NCBI GenBank assembly: GCA_964383505.1
Contig: CAYLHB010000001.1
Span: 1,232-65,231, forward strand
Origin: an uncultured Candidatus Saccharibacteria bacterium
GTDB lineage: Bacteria > Patescibacteriota > Minisyncoccia > Phycocordibacterales > UBA12088
Reading direction: 5' to 3'
Length of the DNA: 64,000 nucleotides
The translations under genes were made by a program, and so were the position numbers. Below, piece after piece: positions 49,896-59,507 of the stretch. The first letter of the stretch is position 1; each line of letters starts with the position of its first letter. Under the pieces are notes generated by a model, which saw nothing but the letters and a program-made list of their open reading frames with translations, was not told the DNA's origin and did no database searches.

Positions 49896-50954
49896 TCAGA
49901 GCGAAACGAGTTGTGCACGCACCGCCTTGAGGAGCTCCTTCTCCACGTCCTTGTTTTCGCGCAAAAACGTGCGAGCCGCGTCGTACCCGCGTCCGAGCTT
50001 CACCTCGCCATACTGGTAGCTCGACCCGCTCTTGGTGACGAGATTGTACTTCTCCCCGAGTGCGAGGAGCTCACCCTCTCGGCTGATACCTTCGTTGTAC
50101 ATGAGGTCAAACTCGGTCACTCGGAAGGGCGGGGCGACTTTATTCTTCACGACCTTCACGCGGTGTCTGCCCCCCACGGTTTCCTCACCTTTCTTGATTT
50201 GCGCGATACGACGTATATCGAGGCGTACCGAGGTATAGAACTTGAGCGCCTTGCCTCCCGGCGTTGTTTCCGGGTTACCGAACATGACCCCAATCTGCAT
50301 GCGTATCTGGTTGATGAAGATGACCACCGTTTTTGACTTCGCCACAATGGCGGTGAGCTTTCGAAGCGCTTGGCTCATGAGTCGCGCCTGCTTACCGACG
50401 TGCTGTTGTCCCATTTCACCCTCTATTTCATCTCTGGGAGTAAGTGCCGCAACAGAGTCCACCACCACCACATCAATTTTTCCGGAACGCACGAGCGATT
50501 CGACAATCTCGAGCGCCTGCTCGCCGGTGTCCGGTTGGCTCACGAGGAGCTCCTCTGTCTTTACTCCAATCTTCTTTGCATACTCCGGGTCGAGTGCGTG
50601 CTCGGCATCAATGAAGGCGCAGATGCCACCCCTCTTTTGAGCTTCGGCGACCACATGTAGGGTGAGCGTAGTTTTGCCCGAGCTCTCGGGACCGAAAATC
50701 TCGATGATGCGTCCCCGCGGGTACCCCCCTATGCCGAGTGCCCAGTCGAGCCCCAATGAGCCGGAGGGCACCGCGTCCACGTTCACGCGTGGCGTCTCCC
50801 CGAGGGTCATAATCGCTTCCTCGCCAAACTTCGTTTTAATCTGGCGCAATGTGGCGGCGATTGTTTCCGTGCCGGCCGCAGCAGGAGCCGTATCTTGGTC
50901 GCGCTCATCAGGTGCAGTCTTCTTGCTTGCGGTGCGAGGTGTTTTCTTATTCAT
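49896..50954 (-). CDS. recA: Recombinase RecA
   Basis: [40 protein letters not shown]. Confidence 0.99.
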   Translation of the reverse strand: MNKKTPRTASKKTAPDERDQDTAPAAAGTETIAATLRQIKTKFGEEAIMTLGETPRVNVDAVPSGSLGLDWALGIGGYPRGRIIEIFGPESSGKTTLTLHVVAEAQKRGGICAFIDAEHALDPEYAKKIGVKTEELLVSQPDTGEQALEIVESLVRSGKIDVVVVDSVAALTPRDEIEGEMGQQHVGKQARLMSQALRKLTAIVAKSKTVVIFINQIRMQIGVMFGNPETTPGGKALKFYTSVRLDIRRIAQIKKGEETVGGRHRVKVVKNKVAPPFRVTEFDLMYNEGISREGELLALGEKYNLVTKSGSSYQYGEVKLGRGYDAARTFLRENKDVEKELLKAVRAQLVSL

Positions 50955-50957
50955 AAA

Positions 50958-51380
50958 TTAGTAGTGAGTGATATATTGTGTGGGTGCAGTGCTGGTCGCG
51001 ACGACCTCTTGCAGGCGTGGGTCTCCGAAAAATACGACCCGCTCTTCGCGGTGCCGGTCGAACCGGTCGGTCACCCCTACGCGAAATACCGCGTAGCCGC
51101 GAGGCACGAGCGCGAGCTCCGAAAACTTTCCATCGGGGTCTGTGTATATCTTACGCCCATTGAGCGTGATGTGGGAAATGTTCTTTGCGGTGCCCTCGAC
51201 CGTGGTGAGCACACCTCGCACGGTCTCGCCCTGCCGGGGGTTCTCTATCGTGATCTGTGGTCCTGCGAGGAGCGCCCGTGCTTGAAACAGCCCATACGCG
51301 ATGCAAAGTGCAACCAACAGACCCGCGAGCCACATGCTCCACCGCTCCCCATTTCGTTCGAGTGTAAGCGCGGTAGCCAT
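50958..51380 (-). CDS. Membrane-anchored Ig-like domain protein
   Basis: TM helix, then GPQITIENP..VEGTA..ITLNG..DGKFS. Confidence 0.7.
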   Translation of the reverse strand: MATALTLERNGERWSMWLAGLLVALCIAYGLFQARALLAGPQITIENPRQGETVRGVLTTVEGTAKNISHITLNGRKIYTDPDGKFSELALVPRGYAVFRVGVTDRFDRHREERVVFFGDPRLQEVVATSTAPTQYITHY

Positions 51381-51384
51381 TGCG

Positions 51385-53637
51385 TTAGTCGCCCGCCCCC
51401 CCCGCAAAGCCGGAGGGAGGGGGAATGAGTACCTCGCGCGCCTTACTCCCGTTTTGCGGGCCTATTACCCCTCGCTCCTCAAGGAGGTCCATCACCCGCG
51501 CCGCTCGCCCGTACCCTATCGAGAGCTTTCTCTGCAGAAGTGAGGTCGATGCTTTTTGTTCCATCACGACAAGCTGTCGCGCCTGTTCGAATATCTCATC
51601 GTCGCCCCCTTCGCTCGGCATCAGGTCATCAAGCGCGATACTTGCACCCTCCGTGTCTTTTGTCGTACCCTCCGCCTCACTCTGCCCGAGCTCGAGTGGG
51701 GATTCAAGTGGCGCATCGTTGTGTTTGGTGAGGTACTGCACCACTTTCTTCACCTCAGCCTCGGTGATGAAGGGCGACTGGAGTCGGCGAGGCTTACTCA
51801 TATCGGAAGAGAGGTAGAGCAGGTCGCCCGCGCCGAGCAGTTTTTCCGCCCCCGGCTGGTCGAGAATAGTGCGCGAGTCTATCTGGCTTGCCACCTGGAG
51901 CGCCAAACGGAAGGGAACATTCGCTTTGATGAGGCCGGTGATGACGTTTACGGAGGGACGCTGGGTCGAGAGGATAAGGTGTATGCCCGACGCGCGTGCC
52001 ATCTGGGCGAGGCGCACAATGGCCCCCTCAAGGTCTCTCGGGTACGCCTGCATGATGTCCGCGAGCTCGTCAATGACGATGACGATGTGCGGTATGCTCT
52101 CCGGAAGTTCGCTTTCCTCGCTCCCCTTGCGCTTGGTGGCCTTCTCAAGAGCCGGAGAGAGAATGCTCGAGTGGTAGCTCGCGATATCGCGCACCTTGAG
52201 CTCACCGAAAAGCTCCAGTCGTCGCTCCATCTCTTTTGCCGCCCACCGTAAGGCGCCGATGGTCTTGCGCGCATCGGTGATAACCGGTGTGAGGAGGTGG
52301 GGAATCCCGTTGTAGAGGGTGAGCTCGACCCGCTTGGGGTCAACGAGGATGAGGCGGAGGCGCTGGGGTCCGTTGCGGTAGAGAAGTGAGGTGATAAGTG
52401 CGTGGATGGTCACCGACTTTCCCGCACCGGTTGCACCCGCCACGAGCGCGTGGGGCATCTTGCTTATGTCAGCATAATGGGGGCTTCCCGTGATGTCGCG
52501 ACCGAGTGCCACGAGGAGTGGCTTGGGGTTGTCGGAGAACGCGGGGTCTTCCAAAAGTCGCCCAAGCCCCACCACTGTCTTGTCCGTGTTCGGCACTTCG
52601 ATGCCGACGAGCGATTTGCCGGGTATGGGAGCTTCGATGCGCAGTGAAGGCGCCGCGAGCGCGAGCTCAAGGTTTTTTTGCAAACCCTCGATACGTTCCA
52701 GTCGCACCCCCTCGGCGGGTTTGAGTGCGTAGCGGGTCACCGTAGGTCCCACGGTGATTTCGTCCATTTCCACACGGATACCGAAGTTTTGAAGTGTGCG
52801 TTTGATGATAATTTGTTTCGCCTTGGTGTCGCCAGTCACCGGCTTTCCTCGGTCTCGCTCCAGTATCGAGAGTGGGGGAGGCGTGTATGTGTCGAGGAGG
52901 GCAGGGTTTGCACGTCCACTCGTCCCTCCCGAGACAACCAGTTCTTCAAACGGCTGGTCGCTCGGTTGGGCACGAGGAGCGGGTGGCACCTCCTCCTCAG
53001 TCAACTCCGGCGTGCGTTCATCAACCGTCACTGTGGGCGCATTCTCCGGCGGGAGTGCGACGACGACCGTTGGCTCGTCGTCGTCATCTTCAGCGTGCGT
53101 GCGTGTACGTTCAAACATGCGCGCAATCGCCCGACCCACCCCAAACCATACTTTCGCATCGAATAGAAGCACGAGCGCAATGAAGAGGAGCGCGGTGAGC
53201 ACCACGAGTGCCGCCGCACGTTCAAGTGCAGAGACGAGGGCGTACCCCACCCCAAATCCCACGATTCCCCCCTCATTCGGCACAACAATGTGCACAATGC
53301 CGAGAAGGGTCGCAACAAACAATGTGCCTCCGCATGCACGTATGACGTCAACGCGCGATCCCGGCACGCGTCGAGCGAAAAGGAGCACACCAAAGCCGAT
53401 AAAAAGTGGGGGGAGTATGTAGTACCCGACACCAAACACGTAGGTGAGCCCGGTATACATGTAGTGTCCGACGGTTCCTGCAAGCCCAAGCGCCGCGAGC
53501 CCCACCAGCGTGCCCAAAAGTATAAGCACAATGCCGAATATGAGTCGCACAGAATCGCGACCGATATCATCTATAAGTGAACCACGCGTATCGGGAGATG
53601 TAGACTTCTTCTCTTGCGCGGTGGCTTTTTTACCCAT
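51385..53637 (-). CDS. ftsK: DNA translocase FtsK
   Basis: 4TM N-terminus, PHALVAGATGAGKS, DPKRVEL, IDELAD, TQRPS, gamma domain ASTSLLQRKLSIGYGRAAR. Confidence 0.97.
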   Translation of the reverse strand: MGKKATAQEKKSTSPDTRGSLIDDIGRDSVRLIFGIVLILLGTLVGLAALGLAGTVGHYMYTGLTYVFGVGYYILPPLFIGFGVLLFARRVPGSRVDVIRACGGTLFVATLLGIVHIVVPNEGGIVGFGVGYALVSALERAAALVVLTALLFIALVLLFDAKVWFGVGRAIARMFERTRTHAEDDDDEPTVVVALPPENAPTVTVDERTPELTEEEVPPAPRAQPSDQPFEELVVSGGTSGRANPALLDTYTPPPLSILERDRGKPVTGDTKAKQIIIKRTLQNFGIRVEMDEITVGPTVTRYALKPAEGVRLERIEGLQKNLELALAAPSLRIEAPIPGKSLVGIEVPNTDKTVVGLGRLLEDPAFSDNPKPLLVALGRDITGSPHYADISKMPHALVAGATGAGKSVTIHALITSLLYRNGPQRLRLILVDPKRVELTLYNGIPHLLTPVITDARKTIGALRWAAKEMERRLELFGELKVRDIASYHSSILSPALEKATKRKGSEESELPESIPHIVIVIDELADIMQAYPRDLEGAIVRLAQMARASGIHLILSTQRPSVNVITGLIKANVPFRLALQVASQIDSRTILDQPGAEKLLGAGDLLYLSSDMSKPRRLQSPFITEAEVKKVVQYLTKHNDAPLESPLELGQSEAEGTTKDTEGASIALDDLMPSEGGDDEIFEQARQLVVMEQKASTSLLQRKLSIGYGRAARVMDLLEERGVIGPQNGSKAREVLIPPPSGFAGGAGD

Positions 53638-53919
53638 CGTGAAATAATACCACGTAATGAAAGAAGAAAATAAATCAAAAAGTGCATGACCAAGGGCTCA
53701 CACCATCACGAGCTAACTTTCGAAATATCGCTTTGTGCCTGCGGAGCGTTGTGCCAAAAAGAAGACTGAGACGTGGCCAAACGGCACGGTGTGGTCTTCT
53801 TTTTAACACGGCGTGGAGCGTCTGCAGGTGAGCGTTGCTGGTGTCCAAAATAACAATGAACTGGTTGTATGTGGATGACAGTGACTTGCACAAAGTACAC
53901 CACAACAAAATGTTGCAAG

Positions 53920-54796
53920 TATAAGGACACGGCGTATACTTCTACGTACCGCCAACGAGCAAGTAAAAGACACATGCAGTACACATATGTCCGTATAATC
54001 CATACATATAAGCCATTGTTGTGTCCCTTACAAAAAAGTAGCGGTCATAATGAACTCAAACAATACAAGCTTCGCTTCAGAATTTGTCGATGTTAAAGAC
54101 AAATCGCATGGTGGCTACATAGTTGAAAAGACAAAACGTATAGCCGCCGCACTTGTGCTGGTCGCTAAAACAGCCGGTGAAAGGGACGAGCTATCTAAGG
54201 GACTCCGTGCATGCGCGGTACGTCTCATAAAGAACGTCCATTATGGAGGGGTGCACATCAAGGAGGAGGTGCGTGCGACATGCGAGTACTGTGCGTCACT
54301 CGTTGAGGCCGCGTGCCTATCCGGCTCAATTTCGAACATGAATGCGACGATACTCTTGTTTGAACTGGACTGTTTGAAAAAAGATGTAGGCGTGTTTCGT
54401 GCCGATGAATGGGTGGGACGCCTTGAAGAAAACTTCTTTTCCGTCGCACGCCCCACTGAGGACACGAGTGCACACGAAACGGGTGCTGGCAGGTGGGTAG
54501 GCGACATTCGGTATAAAGGACATGAAAAGGACGGTCAAAATGGGAGTATGGGTCGTTTACCTCAAGTAGTGCAAAGGTCACGTAACGAACAGGGTAATGG
54601 ACGAGTGGGAAGCAAGCCACTGGGTGCATCGGACGGGTATGTTGACGCAAAGAAAGACAGAAGAGCTACTATACTCGGTATTCTACAGAAAAAGGACAGA
54701 ATTAATGTGAAGGACGTTGCGAGTGTTGTAAAGGACTGCTCGGAAAAAACACTGCAACGGGAACTCCTTGCGCTCGTGGCGCAGGGTGTCCTTAAA
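53920..54796. repeat. Cluster of about 9 degenerate AAGGACA-like motifs upstream of and within the wHTH gene
   Basis: TATAAGGACAC 53920, TAAAAGACAC 53964, ATGTCCGTATA 53987, GTGTCCCTTA 54021, TTAAAGACAA 54093, TATAAAGGACAT 54512, AAAAAGGACAG 54689, TAAAGGACT 54729, GTGTCCTTAAA 54786. Confidence 0.55.
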
Positions 54797-54838
54797 AAAG
54801 AGGGGGAGAAGCGCTGGAGCACGTACGCGCTTGTGTAG
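54050..54838 (+). CDS. Hypothetical protein with C-terminal winged helix-turn-helix (DeoR-like)
   Basis: RRATILGIL...VKDVASVVKDCSEKTLQRELLALVAQGVLKKEGEKRWSTY. Confidence 0.85.
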   Translation: MNSNNTSFASEFVDVKDKSHGGYIVEKTKRIAAALVLVAKTAGERDELSKGLRACAVRLIKNVHYGGVHIKEEVRATCEYCASLVEAACLSGSISNMNATILLFELDCLKKDVGVFRADEWVGRLEENFFSVARPTEDTSAHETGAGRWVGDIRYKGHEKDGQNGSMGRLPQVVQRSRNEQGNGRVGSKPLGASDGYVDAKKDRRATILGILQKKDRINVKDVASVVKDCSEKTLQRELLALVAQGVLKKEGEKRWSTYALV

Positions 54839-55135
54839 TGTGCGTTGTGCGTAGCGCTGGAGGTGTGGTGTGAGAGTTGAGAGCTAGTATGTTGCTGTGT
54901 GGCGCTTTTTGACAATAGCCACTCTTTGTTTTGTGTAGTTTTCTCACGTAAGTCGTTTCAACTGGCATCGTCTGCATCTACAGTGGGTCAATGCTTTTTT
55001 GTAGTGCGGTACGTGAAAGAAAAGTTTCAATGTACCGCACAAGGATATATGGAAAGCGCAAGTTGACCCAGCAATTGGGCTGTGCGATGCTTTCTTACTG
55101 GTGCTCCTGCAACATGGTTGAAGCGGTAGCACTGG

Positions 55136-55144
55136 TTATCCACA
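55136..55144 (+). promoter_or_regulatory. Single perfect DnaA box
   Basis: TTATCCACA in a long intergenic region. Confidence 0.35.
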
Positions 55145-55264
55145 CGACTTCTTTGGTTGAAAGCGTTGAGTGCCCTATAATTTTGGGTACCACCGTGGGG
55201 CGGTATGTAGATGCGTACGTGTGGTGTGTACGTTGACAATTTCATATTCGACACTGAACACAAC

Positions 55265-55755
55265 AAGGCATGCATGCGCCTTTGTGTGATTGAATAGCAT
55301 GCAAAATTGATACTGCATGACCTTCTCCTGTCGCACGAACGTGCGATGTGCGGGTGCGAATGGTAGGTACATCGGTCCTACATGTTTGGAACCAACGTTG
55401 TGAAGGTGTGGTCACCATAAAATGTGCGCACAGCTTTACAACACGTGTTGGTGGTTCATGCGCGAGCGCGCATGAACATACTAGCTTTATTAGCCGTGCA
55501 ATCCTTGTGGCTTTGCCACGAGGATGCACATAGGTTGAGAATCGGCGGCGGCCGATTCGTAAGCTAAAAAACCGCCCCGGTGCCGAGCGCCATACAGTTC
55601 TATACTCTATACTTTTGGGTATGCAACAGGGTGTGGTAGGCGCGAGGCCGGTTTTATAAGCGTGTTGCGCATTACACGGCGCGACACAAAATCTCCTTTC
55701 CGTGGCACAAGCCCTTTACAAGCTAACTGCCCGTGGGGAGGGGTAACACTTAGTA
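55265..55755 (+). ncRNA. Candidate long structured 5' leader / ncRNA upstream of the S-layer-like gene
   Basis: Consecutive hairpins at 55265-55282, 55454-55477, 55496-55529, 55539-55558 and 55662-55687; no convincing ORF. Confidence 0.45.
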
Positions 55756-55760
55756 ACAAC

Positions 55761-57857
55761 ATGACGAAAACGTTAACGCTCAATAAGATTGCCGCAGGCC
55801 TCGTGGCTGTTGCGATGATCGCGGGTCTCTCGTTTGCGTTCGCTGCACAGCGCGCGCACGCGGTCACCCTTTCCGAGCTTGTCGAGCTCTTCATTGCCCT
55901 CGAGATAATTCCAGAGGACAAGGCGGAGCAGGCTCGCGCAGTCCTCGAAGAGGAAGGTGAAGAGGAAACAACGGGTGGCTCAATGATGGGTTGCTCGTAC
56001 AATTTTACTCGTGACCTTAAGGTTGGGGCATCTGGCGCAGATGTGATGGATCTTCAAAAGTTCTTAAACATGGATCCTACAACGCAAGTCGCGGCTACAG
56101 GACCTGGTTCAAAGGGTGCAGAGACCTCAACATTCGGTCCGCTTACGGCGTCTGCGGTGACAAAGTTCCAGGAAAAGTACATGGCTGATATACTGACTCC
56201 GCTTGGTCTGACGAAGGGCACAGGATTTTTCGGTGCTTCGACTCGCGCGAAGGCAAATGCGATTTGCGCGTCTGCACCTGAAGCACCCGAGATGCCTGAC
56301 GACGAAGAGGGCGAGGAAGGCGAAGAAGGTTCAGAAGATGATGACGAGGAACTCGATGGTGGTGAGGCATCGCTCGAGGACTTCGATGCGCTCTCGACTC
56401 CTTCAGATGAGGAGCTTGCTGAGGGTGATTCCGAGGTTGCGGTGTTTGGTTTTGAATTTGACGTCGAAGATGGCGATGCGGAAGTGAATCGCATTGACGT
56501 TAACTTCGATGCGCAGTCAAACTCCGAGTTTGGTGGTGTTGCTGAGGATGAGCCATGGAACACAATTGAGGCAGTCCAGCTTTGGAGTGGCGATGAAATG
56601 ATCGCAGAAGAGGATGCAGACAGTGAAGATGACTGGAGCGACAAGGGTAGTGATGTGTACCAACTTCGATTCTCTGGACTCGAAGAAGTCATTAACGAAG
56701 GAGAGACCGCGGAATTCACTGTATCTGTGACGATACAAGATGTTGATGACAGCGATCTTGACCAGACATGGAAAGTGTGGGTACCCGCCAACGGTGTTCG
56801 TGCACGTGACGGTGCTGGCATTGATCAATACACGGGTTCTGACAGTGAGTTCGAAACATTCGATGTTGAGCAGGCGGGAAGTGACACGGAGCTTAAACTC
56901 ACCACCTCGTCTTCTAATCCGAAGGCCTCTACTGTCAAGGTGGACACGGAGAACACGACAGACGATGTGACGGTGCTCGTGTTTGAGGTTGAAGCTGAAG
57001 ACGGTGAGATTACCCTCAACGACCTTCTCTTCTACGCAACCACTTCAACATCTGTAATCAGTGGCGTGGTAAGCGATGCGACACTTGAGCTTGATGGTAA
57101 CGTGGTTGGTGACCTCGCGTGGGATGACGACTGTAACGGTACCGCAAACGGAACTGGTGCATCCTCGTTTAGTTGTATGCTCTTCGATCTTGAGGAGGAG
57201 GACGATGAACTTACACTTGAGAAGGACGAAAAGATCACAGGTAAACTCATGATTGATCTTAAGAAGACACAGGGCAATTACCCGAATGGTACGACTGTAG
57301 AGTTTGACGTTCGTGAGGCTGATCGAAACGCATGGGAGGTTGAAGATGTAAATGGCGACTCACTCGCATCTGGTGATAGAACCGGCACTGCAAATGGCGA
57401 GCGCCACACACTTCAGAGCGAAGGTTTGTTTGCTGAGATAATCTCCATCGAGGAGGTAAAGACGGCTGGTGACAACAACGCAAACGACTCGGGTGACTTC
57501 AAAATTAAGTTTGATGTCTCCGCGTTTGATGATACGTTCTACATCAGCGCAACGACCTCAGCGGCAACTACGTTTACCTACCGTGTAGAGGATGGCAGTG
57601 GTAGCACGGTATCCACAACAACATCGGCTGCTGTTTCTTCGACGGCGACCAAGGAGGGTGATTCGTACAGAATTGATGATGGTGATACGGAAGAGTTTAC
57701 TCTTACCGTTACCCTCAATCCTGACTTGACGAACTACTATCGCATTGAGCTCGACAGCTTCTTGTACGGAACGTCGGCAACGAACCCTGGTAGTGCTTCG
57801 CACACCGCGGCTCCGGACGAGGACTTCGAGTCTGATGTCCTCTACCTCAACAAATAA
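55761..57857 (+). CDS. Acidic S-layer-like surface protein with peptidoglycan-binding-like domain
   Basis: Signal peptide (AQRAHA); FTRDLKVGASGADVMDLQKFLN..FGPLTASAVTKFQ motif; very D/E-rich beta domains. Confidence 0.82.
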   Translation: MTKTLTLNKIAAGLVAVAMIAGLSFAFAAQRAHAVTLSELVELFIALEIIPEDKAEQARAVLEEEGEEETTGGSMMGCSYNFTRDLKVGASGADVMDLQKFLNMDPTTQVAATGPGSKGAETSTFGPLTASAVTKFQEKYMADILTPLGLTKGTGFFGASTRAKANAICASAPEAPEMPDDEEGEEGEEGSEDDDEELDGGEASLEDFDALSTPSDEELAEGDSEVAVFGFEFDVEDGDAEVNRIDVNFDAQSNSEFGGVAEDEPWNTIEAVQLWSGDEMIAEEDADSEDDWSDKGSDVYQLRFSGLEEVINEGETAEFTVSVTIQDVDDSDLDQTWKVWVPANGVRARDGAGIDQYTGSDSEFETFDVEQAGSDTELKLTTSSSNPKASTVKVDTENTTDDVTVLVFEVEAEDGEITLNDLLFYATTSTSVISGVVSDATLELDGNVVGDLAWDDDCNGTANGTGASSFSCMLFDLEEEDDELTLEKDEKITGKLMIDLKKTQGNYPNGTTVEFDVREADRNAWEVEDVNGDSLASGDRTGTANGERHTLQSEGLFAEIISIEEVKTAGDNNANDSGDFKIKFDVSAFDDTFYISATTSAATTFTYRVEDGSGSTVSTTTSAAVSSTATKEGDSYRIDDGDTEEFTLTVTLNPDLTNYYRIELDSFLYGTSATNPGSASHTAAPDEDFESDVLYLNK

Positions 57858-57909
57858 GTTGAGTGAAGATGGACTGACGTACGTCTAAAACGCGCGCTCA
57901 GTACACGGC

Positions 57910-57940
57910 AAACCCCCTCCCATTTCGGGCAGGGGGTTTT
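57910..57940 (+). terminator. Rho-independent terminator
   Basis: AAACCCCCT...AGGGGGTTTT hairpin after the stop codon. Confidence 0.7.
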
Positions 57941-57982
57941 GTCGTTCCCACTAATTAAATCAACCAAATTAAACCCCAAGAT

Positions 57983-58028
57983 TTAAAGGTACCCGGTCTC
58001 TTTATTTAAAGGGACGGGGTACCTTTAA
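57983..58028. repeat. Inverted pair of 20-nt REP-like units
   Basis: AAAGGTACCCGGTCTCTTTA followed by its near-perfect inverse TAAAGGGACGGGGTACCTTT. Confidence 0.65.
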
Positions 58029-58163
58029 CGGTCGGTGATCTAAAATAAATCAACTTAGTGGATTATTGATCGGGGTGTGGAGAGCCGTGCTACGATGGCT
58101 CTACGTGGTGGTGAGTTATTTGAAACGGATAGGACTCTCAGAACTACGCACGCGTTTAATTGC

Positions 58164-58736
58164 ATGACACAGTGGCATGACATAGCCTCATTGCGAGGGT
58201 GGAGGTACCGCAATACATTCATGCTTGTGCTGAGTATTGTTGTGCTCGTGCTTGTGCTCCAGAGTGCACAGGTCCGAGATTGGCTGGACGGTTTATACCA
58301 GTATGGGTATATCGGGGCCTTTGTCGCAGGCATATTTTTCGTCTCGACCTTTACCGTTGCGCCTGCCGGTGTGGTGCTGTTTTCATTGGGTGCCCACTTG
58401 CACCCGATACTCCTCGCGTTCACTGCAGGCATTGGAGCGGTCGTAGGTGACTACCTCATACTACGTTTCTTCAAAGATAAGGTGTATGAGGAGGTGCGTC
58501 CGCTCTTTGCTCGCTTCCGAGGGTCATACATTGAGGGGATTTTCAAAACCCCCTACTTTGCATGGCTCATTCCAGTTATCGGGGCGGCGGTGATAGCATC
58601 TCCATTGCCCGACGAGATAGGGGTAGGTTTACTCGGAAGCAGTAAGCTACCGACGTGGCAATTTGTGGTACTCACCTTTACGCTCAACACGCTCGGCATT
58701 CTCATTATTGTCAGCGCGTCTCGTGCCATTGCGTGA
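58164..58736 (+). CDS. Membrane protein (DedA/VTT-like)
   Basis: GYIGAFVAGIFFVSTFT, GIGAVVGDYL, IASPLPDEIG; several TMs; start uncertain. Confidence 0.7.
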   Translation: MTQWHDIASLRGWRYRNTFMLVLSIVVLVLVLQSAQVRDWLDGLYQYGYIGAFVAGIFFVSTFTVAPAGVVLFSLGAHLHPILLAFTAGIGAVVGDYLILRFFKDKVYEEVRPLFARFRGSYIEGIFKTPYFAWLIPVIGAAVIASPLPDEIGVGLLGSSKLPTWQFVVLTFTLNTLGILIIVSASRAIA

Positions 58737-58775
58737 GCCGATGACAGGGGACAAGGAACATAGTAGAGTGGGAGC

Positions 58776-58916
58776 ATGAACAATCTCTTCAACCGTTCAT
58801 TTTTCAGGTTCACACTTGGCTTCCTTGGCATTCTCTTAGTGAGTTTCACTCTCGCGCTCGTAATTTCCCATTTTGGCGAGGAGCAGTCCGCAAGTGCAAC
58901 CAACGCCGGTAGGTGA
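58776..58916 (+). CDS. 46-aa single-TM small protein (MNNLFNRSFFRFTLGFLGILLVSF...)
   Basis: Manual translation; TAGAGT box 6 nt before the ATG; fills the gap between two genes. Confidence 0.6.
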   Translation: MNNLFNRSFFRFTLGFLGILLVSFTLALVISHFGEEQSASATNAGR

Positions 58917-58921
58917 AAACT

Positions 58922-59437
58922 ATGAACAAAGATGACCAAGCGCAGTGGCATTTCCTTTTCTCACTTTTCTTTGTAGGGGTGGCGGGAGTGCTCTACGCAA
59001 TACTTCTCGAGACTGTGCCTGTGCCTCGGAAGATTCCCTTGTTCGAGGCACTCCTCATTGCACTCGCGACATTCCGACTCACGCGATTGTTTGTGTATGA
59101 CACCATCACACAGTTTGTGCGCGACTGGTTTTTAGATGTTCGAATGGTTGAAGGCAAGAGCGAGGCCGTGAGGGAGAAGCCCGCGTCTGGGCCGAGGCGC
59201 ACAATCGCGACACTCCTTGGTTGTCCGTGGTGTTTTGCAGTGTGGCCTGCCCTCGTTCTCTCGTTTTTCTACTTCTATACACCCCACGCATGGTTTTTCA
59301 TACTCGTGCTCGCACTAGCAGGAGTGGCGAGTATCTTTCAAGTGGTAGCGAATCTCATTGGCTGGAGCGCAGAGTTTAAGAAGTGTGCGGTGACGGGTGT
59401 ACAGGGGGGTGGACAGCACTCCGGGACTTGCGGATGA
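58922..59437 (+). CDS. DUF1360-family membrane protein
   Basis: LATFRLTRLFVYDTITQFVR and LLGCPWCFAVW motifs. Confidence 0.82.
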   Translation: MNKDDQAQWHFLFSLFFVGVAGVLYAILLETVPVPRKIPLFEALLIALATFRLTRLFVYDTITQFVRDWFLDVRMVEGKSEAVREKPASGPRRTIATLLGCPWCFAVWPALVLSFFYFYTPHAWFFILVLALAGVASIFQVVANLIGWSAEFKKCAVTGVQGGGQHSGTCG

Positions 59438-59442
59438 GCGAA

Positions 59443-59462
59443 AAAGGTACCCGGTCCCTTTA
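59443..59462 (+). repeat. Third copy of the REP-like unit
   Basis: AAAGGTACCCGGTCCCTTTA. Confidence 0.65.
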
Positions 59463-59472
59463 ATTCGGGGGC

Positions 59473-59500
59473 TTGACAGAATTTTAGGGTATGCTAAGAT
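59473..59500 (+). promoter_or_regulatory. Sigma70-type promoter
   Basis: TTGACA, 16-nt spacer, TAAGAT with extended -10 TG. Confidence 0.7.
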
Positions 59501-59507
59501 ACTAGAT

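Noticed and set aside
53640-55760. Replication origin
   Set aside because: Only one perfect DnaA box, no dnaA/dnaN nearby and no clear AT-rich unwinding element; skew cannot be judged from this window
57983-59462. CRISPR array
   Set aside because: Only three copies, two inverted and one 1.4 kb away; no regular spacers and no cas genes
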